Below, piece after piece: positions 57,144 to 64,000 of a DNA stretch of 64,000 nt. The position numbers were made by a program, and so were the translations under genes. The notes beneath the pieces were generated by a model. The model was not told the DNA's origin. It was given only the letters and a program-made list of their open reading frames with translations, and searched no databases. Location of the stretch: assembly GCA_964352385.1 (NCBI GenBank), contig CAYGRU010000004.1, positions 27,926 to 91,925 on the forward strand, in the 5' to 3' direction. The DNA comes from an uncultured Candidatus Planktophila sp. Its GTDB lineage: Bacteria > Pseudomonadota > Alphaproteobacteria > Rhodobacterales > Rhodobacteraceae. The stretch's first letter is position 1, and each line of letters begins with the position of its first letter.

Positions 57144-57711
57144 ACACCAACACCCCCACAACCCGCCGCGCCTCTGCCCGCACCACCTCCGCGTCAACCA
57201 CCCCTCCCTGCGCCGCAGCCAGCCACACCCCATCCATATAGGCCTGCAAGACCGCCCGCGCGGTTTCACGCCGCTCCTCCGGCAGCAGCGCCCTCAACTC
57301 CGCCCGAAAATGGCTCGTCACCCGTGCCAGATTGATGCGGTGGAGCCTTGCGAGGCGGTCCGAGTAGGGGGCGTTGGCCCAGAACTGCATCCAGACATTG
57401 CATTGCGCGGCGGTGAACAGGCGGTCGTCGAAATTCGCCTCCACCACCGCGAACAGCCGGTCCCTCGGGGTTTTCGCGGCGCGATACCGGTCGCGCATCG
57501 CGGCGCGCAGCAGGGTCAGCAGGTGGCGCATCGTCGCCTCCAGCAACCTCTCCTTCGATCCGAAGTAATAGGTGATGCTGGCGGTGGAGGCGCCGGCCTC
57601 CACCGCGATTTCGGCCATCGTCACAGCGGCATAGCCGCGCTTGTGGATCGCCGATATGGTGGCGGCGATCAGTTCTTCATGCCGGATATCGCGAATGCGT
57701 TTGCGGGTCAT
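57142..57711 (-). CDS. betI: TetR-family choline-responsive repressor BetI
   Basis: MTRKRIRDIRHEELIAATISAIHKRGYAAVTMAEIAVEAGASTASITYYFGSKERLLEATMRHL, NFDD...VWMQFWA...RLHRIN parallels E. coli BetI as I remember it (NFDE...AWLAFWA...RLQQV). Located in the bet locus. Confidence 0.78.
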   Translation of the reverse strand: MTRKRIRDIRHEELIAATISAIHKRGYAAVTMAEIAVEAGASTASITYYFGSKERLLEATMRHLLTLLRAAMRDRYRAAKTPRDRLFAVVEANFDDRLFTAAQCNVWMQFWANAPYSDRLARLHRINLARVTSHFRAELRALLPEERRETARAVLQAYMDGVWLAAAQGGVVDAEVVRAEARRVVGVLV

Positions 57712-57771
57712 GGGCGGCGGTTTCCTCTGCCGCAAACATGGCATTGCTGAATGCAAAAATCAAAACTTGTA

Positions 57772-57798
57772 TGACGATACAGGATTTTCCTGTCGTCA
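57772..57798. promoter_or_regulatory. imperfect palindrome in betI / transporter divergent promoter region (candidate operator)
   Basis: TGACGATACAGGA-TTT-TCCTGTCGTCA (arms identical except for a 2-nt bulge), 78 nt upstream of the transporter ATG. Confidence 0.3.
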
Positions 57799-57875
57799 CA
57801 GCGAATTTGTGTTAAGAAAGGGTCACAATCCATAAGGCCGATAGGGCCGTATCTTCCACAACAGGAGGGGAGTGC

Positions 57876-59084
57876 ATGTTAACCTATATTCTTTCAGCAG
57901 GGGTGTTGCTGGCATTCGCGCTGGTGATCTTCTGCGTCGTCAAATGGTGGAATGTCCGCTGCATCGGGGTCACCCCGGTGCCGTTGTTCACCTTCATCGC
58001 GATTCTGTTCACCTCCGGCCTCGACGTGGGGCTGATCATGTTCCCGCTGGGCGAATTCCCGACCTATGCGGATACCGCCGCCGCGCCGGAATACGGGTTC
58101 ACCAACCCGCTGGCCATCGAGTTCGGGTTCTGGGGATTCCTGATCTGGGCATTCTACTTCCTGACCGCGTTCTATTTCTGCGTGATCGAGCCGAAGGTGA
58201 AATTCTTTGACATTCCGGTGGTGAAGATCGTCAACAACATCGTCATCATCGGCACCTGTGCGTTCACCGCCAGCCTGTTCCTGATCTATCTGCCGTTCTA
58301 CATCCCCGAAATCGGCGATGGGGAAAGCATCGTGACGACATTCTATGTGATCGTGTTCGTGGTGATCCTCGCGGCGGCCTATTCGTCGACCGACATCAAG
58401 TATGTGAAGATCCTGTCCATCGGCTCCACCTTCCTGTTCGGGGCGCTGATTGTCGGGCTGTGGATCTATGCAGGCATGGGCATCGGTGAATTCGGCGCAA
58501 CCATCGCGAATGTCGGCGGGTATTTCGCCAACCTTCACAAGTTCGTCCTGCCGATGAACGACTATCACGAATTCTATCTGTTCTGGTGGTTCGCCTGGTC
58601 GATCATGATCGGTCAGTTCACCTCGCGTTTCGTCGGCGGGCTGACGACGCAGCAATTGCTGGCGGCGTTGCTGGTTATCCCGTCCATTCCGCTCGCGATC
58701 TGGTTTTCGGTGCTGTATTTCTATCATTCCAACGGCATCGACACGACCGGCATCATCAATATGGCGATGATCGTGGTGGGCGTGACCTTCGTCATCAACT
58801 CGCTCGACAGTCTGATCCGGCTTTACTCCGACAACCTGTCGATCACGGTCGAGCGGTTCGGCAAGGCGGCCTATGTCGGCGGCAATGTCGCGGTGCTTTT
58901 CGGTCTGACGCTGCTGTTCCAAAGCCAGTGGTTGCAGATTCAGTGGATCGGCGCGGTCGTGGTGGGCATCTACTTCTCGTGCCTCATCTTCATCATCGTG
59001 ACCAAGCGGCGCGAAGTGATGGCGATCAAGGGATCACCTGCGGATCGGGTGCTCGATTTCCACAAGATCGAGACCGTCCATTGA
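57876..59084 (+). CDS. short BCCT-related transporter (putative choline/betaine carrier)
   Basis: 402 aa, about 10-11 TM. FYLFWWFAWSIMIGQFTSRFVGGLT aligns residue-for-residue with the BCCT TM8 signature [34 protein letters not shown] RBS. About 50 % GC in one 100-nt count. Confidence 0.7.
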   Translation: MLTYILSAGVLLAFALVIFCVVKWWNVRCIGVTPVPLFTFIAILFTSGLDVGLIMFPLGEFPTYADTAAAPEYGFTNPLAIEFGFWGFLIWAFYFLTAFYFCVIEPKVKFFDIPVVKIVNNIVIIGTCAFTASLFLIYLPFYIPEIGDGESIVTTFYVIVFVVILAAAYSSTDIKYVKILSIGSTFLFGALIVGLWIYAGMGIGEFGATIANVGGYFANLHKFVLPMNDYHEFYLFWWFAWSIMIGQFTSRFVGGLTTQQLLAALLVIPSIPLAIWFSVLYFYHSNGIDTTGIINMAMIVVGVTFVINSLDSLIRLYSDNLSITVERFGKAAYVGGNVAVLFGLTLLFQSQWLQIQWIGAVVVGIYFSCLIFIIVTKRREVMAIKGSPADRVLDFHKIETVH

Positions 59085-59157
59085 CCGGGGCGTAAGGTTC
59101 CGGAACGTGGGGGCTCCGGCGATGACCGGGGCCCCCGCTGCATACAGGGAATGAAGA

Positions 59158-59802
59158 ATGATCACCGTCTATGGCCGCAGCACGTCGTCGAATGTTCAGA
59201 TCGTCATGTGGGCAATCGGCGAATTGGGGCTGGAATACCAGCGCCACGATATCGGCCATTCGCATGGCGGCAACGACACCCCCGCTTACCTCGCGATGAA
59301 CCCGATGGGGCTGGTGCCGACCATCCGGGACGGCGATCTGGTGATGTGGGAAAGCGGCGCAATCCTGCGCTATCTCGCGGCGCGCTATGGTGACGACCGG
59401 TTCTGGCCGCGCGACCCTGCGATCCGGGGGCCGTTGGATATGTGGGCGGAATGGTGCAAGACCGAATTCGGGCCGACCTTCAACTATCGGGTGTTCGTGC
59501 CGATGGTCCGCGTCGCGCCGTCGCGGCAGGACAAGGCAGCCATCGCCAAGGCCATCGAGGCGACGAAGCCGCTGGCGCGGATGCTGGACCGGCGGATCGG
59601 TGCGGGGCCGTGGCTGGCGGGGGATGATTTCACCTTTGCGGACATCCTGACCGGCAATCTGCTTTATCGCTATTTCGAGCATGATTTCGACAAGACGCGC
59701 ACGCCGAACCTGCGCGCCTATTACGACAGGCTGCGCGGTCGCCCCGCCTATCTGGAACATAATTGCGTGTCATACGAGCCGTTGAGGGTCAGAGACGCAT
59801 GA
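59158..59802 (+). CDS. glutathione S-transferase family protein
   Basis: [27 protein letters not shown]...[27 protein letters not shown] (thioredoxin-like N-domain). Confidence 0.85.
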   Translation: MITVYGRSTSSNVQIVMWAIGELGLEYQRHDIGHSHGGNDTPAYLAMNPMGLVPTIRDGDLVMWESGAILRYLAARYGDDRFWPRDPAIRGPLDMWAEWCKTEFGPTFNYRVFVPMVRVAPSRQDKAAIAKAIEATKPLARMLDRRIGAGPWLAGDDFTFADILTGNLLYRYFEHDFDKTRTPNLRAYYDRLRGRPAYLEHNCVSYEPLRVRDA

Positions 59803-61463
59803 TGCAGGCCGATTATGTGATCGTCGGCTCCGGCTCCGCCGGATCGGCGCTGGCGGCGCGGCTGTCGGAGGATGGCCAGCATTCGGTGCTGGTGCTGGAA
59901 TATGGCGGCACCGATATGGGGCCGTTCATCCAGATGCCCGCCGCGCTGTCCTATCCGATGAACATGAAGCGGTATGATTGGGGCTTTCAGTCGGAGCCGG
60001 AACCGCATCTGGGCGGGCGGCGGCTCGCCTGTCCGCGCGGCAAGGTGATCGGCGGGTCGTCGTCGATCAACGGAATGGTCTATGTGCGCGGCCATGCGTG
60101 CGATTTCGACCATTGGGCGGATCAGGGGGCCGATGGCTGGGCTTATGCCGATGTGCTGCCGTATTTCGAGCGGATGGAAAGCTGGCATTCCGGTGGCCAC
60201 GGCGGCGACGAGGATTGGCGCGGCCTGTCCGGCCCGCTGCATGTAACGCGCGGGCCACGCCGGAACCCGCTGTTTCAGGCATTCGTCGATGCCGGACGGC
60301 AGGCGGGGTTCGAGCTGACCGACGATTACAACGGGGAAAAGCAGGAAGGCTTCGGCCCGATGGAGCAGACCGTATGGCAGGGTCGCCGCTGGTCCGCTGC
60401 CAATGCCTATCTGAAACCGGCACTGAGGCGGCAGAACCTCGATGTCGTCAAATGCTTCGCGCGCCGCGTCGTCATCGAAGAGGGCCGCGCTGTTGGCGTT
60501 GAGGTGGAGCGGGGCGGCAAGATCGAGGTGATCCGTGCCCGGCGCGAGGTGATCCTCGCCGCATCGTCAATCAATTCGCCAAAGCTGTTATTGCTGTCGG
60601 GCATTGGCCCCGGGGCGGAGCTTGCGGCACACGGGATCGACGTTGTCGCGGATCGGGGCGGCGTGGGCCGCAATTTGCAGGATCATCTGGAGCTGTATAT
60701 CCAGCAGGCCTGCATCCAGCCGATCACCCTGTTCAAGCATTGGAACCTGATCTCCAAAGGTCTGATCGGGGCACAATGGCTGTTCACCAAGACCGGACTC
60801 GGCGCATCGAACCAGTTTGAAAGCGCGGCGTTCCTGCGATCCGCGCCCGGTGTCGAATACCCCGACATCCAGTATCATTTCCTGCCGATGGCGGTGCGCT
60901 ATGATGGCAAGGCAGCGGCGGAGGGGCACGGGTTTCAGGCGCATGTCGGGCCGATGCGATCACCCTCGCGCGGGGTGGTCAGATTGCGGAGCGCCGATCC
61001 GAAGGACGACCCGAAGATCGTCTTCAACTACATGTCCGAAGAACAGGACTGGGTCGATTTCCGGCATTGTATCCGCCTGACACGGGCCATTTTCGGGCAG
61101 GCTGCCTTTGACCCCTATCGCGGGGCCGAAATCCAGCCCGGCGCGGATGTGCAGACGGATGACGAACTTGACGGGTTCATCCGCGACCATGCCGAAAGCG
61201 CCTATCACCCTTGCGGCACCGCCCGGATGGGCCGCGTCGACGATCCGCAGGCGGTGGTCGATGCGGAATGCCGGGTGATCGGCGTTGACGGCCTGCGGCT
61301 GGCCGACAGCTCGATCTTTCCGCGCATTACCAATGGCAACCTGAACGCGCCCTCGATTATGGTCGGTGAAAAGGCGGCGGATCACATCCTCGGCAAGACG
61401 CCGTTGCCGCCATCGAACAAGCAGCCCTGGATCAACCCGAGGTGGGAGGTTTCGGACCGGTGA
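59799..61463 (+). CDS. betA: choline dehydrogenase (GMC oxidoreductase)
   Basis: [25 protein letters not shown] motif, [30 protein letters not shown] overlaps the GST stop (ATGA). Confidence 0.9.
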   Translation: MMQADYVIVGSGSAGSALAARLSEDGQHSVLVLEYGGTDMGPFIQMPAALSYPMNMKRYDWGFQSEPEPHLGGRRLACPRGKVIGGSSSINGMVYVRGHACDFDHWADQGADGWAYADVLPYFERMESWHSGGHGGDEDWRGLSGPLHVTRGPRRNPLFQAFVDAGRQAGFELTDDYNGEKQEGFGPMEQTVWQGRRWSAANAYLKPALRRQNLDVVKCFARRVVIEEGRAVGVEVERGGKIEVIRARREVILAASSINSPKLLLLSGIGPGAELAAHGIDVVADRGGVGRNLQDHLELYIQQACIQPITLFKHWNLISKGLIGAQWLFTKTGLGASNQFESAAFLRSAPGVEYPDIQYHFLPMAVRYDGKAAAEGHGFQAHVGPMRSPSRGVVRLRSADPKDDPKIVFNYMSEEQDWVDFRHCIRLTRAIFGQAAFDPYRGAEIQPGADVQTDDELDGFIRDHAESAYHPCGTARMGRVDDPQAVVDAECRVIGVDGLRLADSSIFPRITNGNLNAPSIMVGEKAADHILGKTPLPPSNKQPWINPRWEVSDR

Positions 61464-62413
61464 TGGTGACCGTTCTGGGTGATGTAGAAGGCAGAGAGGT
61501 CCGCGCCGTGACGATCCGGGGCGGTGACCTTTCAGCGACGATCATGGAATGGGGCTGCGTGATGCAGGACCTGCGGCATCTGTCGGTGGACCGCAACCTG
61601 ATCCTCTCGCACCCCTCGCTCGCGGATTATGTCGCGCAGGGGCGGGAACATGTGGGCGCGATTGCGGGCCGCTGTGCCAATCGCATCCGGGGCGGGCGGT
61701 TTGTGATCGACGGGATCGCCCATGAGGTTGCGCGCAATGTGATGGGGCGTGACACGCTTCATGGTGGGGATCGGGGCTTTGGCCGGTCGCTGTGGCACCT
61801 TGCGGATCACGGCCCCGATCACGCGACCTTCACCATCCGCCAAGCGCACGGGCACGAAGGATTTCCCGGCACCATCGAGGCGACCTGCCAGTATCGGCTG
61901 ACGCAATCGGGGCTGGAGATGGTGATGACCGCGACCACCGACGCGCCGACCATCTGCAATCTGGCGCAGCACAATTATTACAACCTGTCGGGTGCGCCGG
62001 TGATCGACGATCATGTGCTGGCGGTTGCATCGAACCGGCATACGCCGCTGGCGGCGGACATGGCCCCGACCGGCGCAATCTTGCCGAACCGGGGCGCGGT
62101 GGACCTCGCCGGGGGGCGGCGGGTCGGCCCGGATGCCATCGACCTGAATTACATCCTCGCCGATGACCGCCAACCGACGCCGCGCCCCGCTGCGCGGCTG
62201 ACGGCGGGGGATGTCGCGCTGACCGTGGCGACGACCGAACCGGGCCTTCAGGTCTATACCGGCGATCACCTGCCGGGCCGGGCAAGGGCGGGCATTTGTC
62301 TGGAGGCGCAGGTCTGGCCGGACGCCGCCAACCAGCCGCATTTCCCGTCCGCCCTCCTGCGACCGGGGCAGACCTATCGGCAAGTGACGGTGATCGGCAT
62401 CGACCGGGTCTGA
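61463..62413 (+). CDS. aldose 1-epimerase (galactose mutarotase) family protein
   Basis: GRCANRIRGGRFVIDG, TLHGGDRGF, NLAQHNYYNL motifs. ATG overlaps the betA stop (TGATG). Confidence 0.75.
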   Translation: MVTVLGDVEGREVRAVTIRGGDLSATIMEWGCVMQDLRHLSVDRNLILSHPSLADYVAQGREHVGAIAGRCANRIRGGRFVIDGIAHEVARNVMGRDTLHGGDRGFGRSLWHLADHGPDHATFTIRQAHGHEGFPGTIEATCQYRLTQSGLEMVMTATTDAPTICNLAQHNYYNLSGAPVIDDHVLAVASNRHTPLAADMAPTGAILPNRGAVDLAGGRRVGPDAIDLNYILADDRQPTPRPAARLTAGDVALTVATTEPGLQVYTGDHLPGRARAGICLEAQVWPDAANQPHFPSALLRPGQTYRQVTVIGIDRV

Positions 62414-62480
62414 GGGCGCGTTAGGTCTTTCGTAAGTTGATTCGAAACATCCTGATTCTCGTGATGACAAGCGAGGTCTG

Positions 62481-63146
62481 ATGATGGACGGCGTTCTGAT
62501 AACCGGGATTCGCGGCACGCATGATGGTGCCGCGCAGCGCCGGGAGGTGTTCGAGCGAAGCGTTTCCGTGCATCTGGATGCGGCCTTCGGCGACGATATC
62601 CATCCGGTCAATCGGCTTGAACTGGTGCGCGCGCTGGGTGCGGCCTATGCGCAGACGCGGCATGGGTTTGATGCGCGCGTTGTGATCCCGCTGTTCGGGT
62701 TTCGCGCCTATGTGGTGGCGCAGGGCGGTCTCGCCCCGCTGCGGCCGCAGGTGCCGGGGGCGGGCCCGCTGGCGCTGTCGGTGATCGCGGGGCTGGCGCA
62801 TGATGTTCTTGCGGAGTTTTCCCGACGCGAACAGGCGTTGATTGCCGACTGCATCGACCGGACGGAGATTTCGCGACTGCATCCGGTGGACTGGCGACCG
62901 CGATTGTCGCTGCGGTTCTGGCGGCTCTACCTCAACCTGCTTGCCGGACGGGATCGTCGTCAGTCAGCGATCCGCCCGACGCGCGACCGCCGGATGCCGG
63001 TGAATGCGACTTATGGAACGGTCGTGCTGTTCGCCGTCGTCGGGGTGGCGGCCACGGCCGGGCTCTGGTTCCTGTTCGAGATATCTGTGAAATTGACGGA
63101 CGCGCTGACTGATCCGGTGATCTGGAACCTGTTGTTCGCAGGATGA
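62481..63146 (+). CDS. hypothetical protein with C-terminal TM helix
   Basis: 221-aa ORF with host-like composition. The competing minus ORF (62421-62882) is Arg-rich and shadow-like. No family recognised. Confidence 0.45.
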   Translation: MMDGVLITGIRGTHDGAAQRREVFERSVSVHLDAAFGDDIHPVNRLELVRALGAAYAQTRHGFDARVVIPLFGFRAYVVAQGGLAPLRPQVPGAGPLALSVIAGLAHDVLAEFSRREQALIADCIDRTEISRLHPVDWRPRLSLRFWRLYLNLLAGRDRRQSAIRPTRDRRMPVNATYGTVVLFAVVGVAATAGLWFLFEISVKLTDALTDPVIWNLLFAG

Positions 63147-63276
63147 TCCTGGCCTGTGCGCGTCAGTAACAATCGCAGCCCCCGCAGCCTGATCGCTGCG
63201 GGAGCGCGCGCGAAGCGCGATCCCCCGATCATCTTCTCGCTGTGCAAGCGCCGCCGCTTGCCTTACCTCTTGGCAC

Positions 63277-64000
63277 ATGAACATTCGCCATTTGCGCACC
63301 CTGCTGGCAGCGGTCGAACGCGGCTCCTTCGCGGCGGCGGGGGAGGCTGTGGGCGTTTCGCATTCCGCAGTCAGCCTTCAGATCAAGACGCTGGAGGATG
63401 AACTGGGCGTTGTCCTGTTCGACCGCACGAAACGCCCGCCCGCGCCGACGGTGCGGGGCCGGGCGCTGGCGGATCATGCGCGCAAGACGCTGGCGCTGTT
63501 CGATGCCGCGCCTGCCATCGCGACGGGCGAACTGGTGAAGGGCAAGTTGACGGTCGGGGCGGTGCCGACGACGCTGTCCTCTATCCTGCCGCCCGCGTTG
63601 GCCACGCTGCGCGACCACCACCCCGAACTGCGGATCGAGATCCGGTCCGACAGTTCTGCCGGATTGGCGTCGCGGTTGCAGCGGGGGGAACTGGATATCG
63701 CCATCTGCACGCGGCCCGATCCGTCACCCCCCGGCCTGACATGGCACCGGATCGCGACGGAGCCGTTCGTGGTCATCGCACCCGCCCATGCGGCAGGCGA
63801 AACCGATGTCGATCTGCTGGCGGCGCTGCCCTTCATCTGGTTCAACCGCAAGACCTGGGCCGGACGGGGCATCGAGGCACAGATGACGGCGCGCGGCATC
63901 ACGGTCGTATCGGACATGGAAATCGACTCGCTGGATGCGATTGCGTCGATGGTGTCATCCGGTCTTGGTGTGTCCATCGTGCCGGTCTGCAAGGGCGCGC
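63277..64000 (+). CDS. LysR-family transcriptional regulator (runs off right edge)
   Basis: Hand translated MNIRHLRTLLAAVERGSFAAAGEAVGVSHSAVSLQIKTLEDELGVVLFDRT... Open to the end of the window, hence absent from the ORF track. Confidence 0.85.
   Translation, partial: MNIRHLRTLLAAVERGSFAAAGEAVGVSHSAVSLQIKTLEDELGVVLFDRTKRPPAPTVRGRALADHARKTLALFDAAPAIATGELVKGKLTVGAVPTTLSSILPPALATLRDHHPELRIEIRSDSSAGLASRLQRGELDIAICTRPDPSPPGLTWHRIATEPFVVIAPAHAAGETDVDLLAALPFIWFNRKTWAGRGIEAQMTARGITVVSDMEIDSLDAIASMVSSGLGVSIVPVCKGA

Noticed and set aside
57039-57269. 76-aa minus-strand ORF spanning the islet boundary
   Set aside because: It straddles the abrupt GC transition and overlaps the 3' end of betI in another frame, so it cannot be a coherent gene.
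62421-62882. 153-aa minus-strand ORF
   Set aside because: It has Arg/Gln/His-rich shadow composition. The plus-strand 221-aa ORF over the same DNA has a more protein-like sequence and a terminal TM helix.

Overview
High-GC (about 62-66 % in hand-counted samples) alphaproteobacterial chromosome segment with Rhodobacterales-like gene order. It is almost entirely ordinary core and accessory metabolism. Left to right: purH (partial), heparinase II/III-like, rsmB, htpX, apt, an acyl-CoA dehydrogenase, a GGT-family protein, then the conserved pckA / chvI-chvG-hprK-EIIA(Man)-HPr block. Next come tag, a GGDEF-EAL protein, phaR with a PhaC-like hydrolase, a GcvA-type LysR regulator, glnK-amtB behind a sigma-54-type promoter, and tRNA-His. 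These are followed by several two-component systems, gnd, creatinase, ispB, hemW, an Ada/Ogt fusion, and a TRAP transporter operon with an SCP2 gene and an IlvD/Edd dehydratase. A translationally coupled acyl-AMP ligase / SDR / aminotransferase trio and a choline-O-sulfate/choline catabolic locus (betC, betI, short BCCT-like transporter, GST, betA) close the window. The one clearly foreign segment is a ~2.1-kb islet of about 40 % GC (55062-57141) lying exactly between the stop codons of convergent betC and betI. It carries two overlapping co-oriented genes. One is a DUF262 (ParB/GmrSD-N-like) protein with no fused DNase domain. The other is a small HEPN protein with an intact R-N-x3-H motif. 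No methyltransferase, integrase or transposase is present. I consider this the candidate undescribed system: a GmrSD-like sensor paired with a separate HEPN RNase effector, i.e. a putative anti-phage or abortive-infection module. All family assignments come from motif and sequence recognition by eye; no database search was run. Many long ORFs in the track are antisense shadows typical of high-GC DNA, and several true genes start well inside the listed ORFs.
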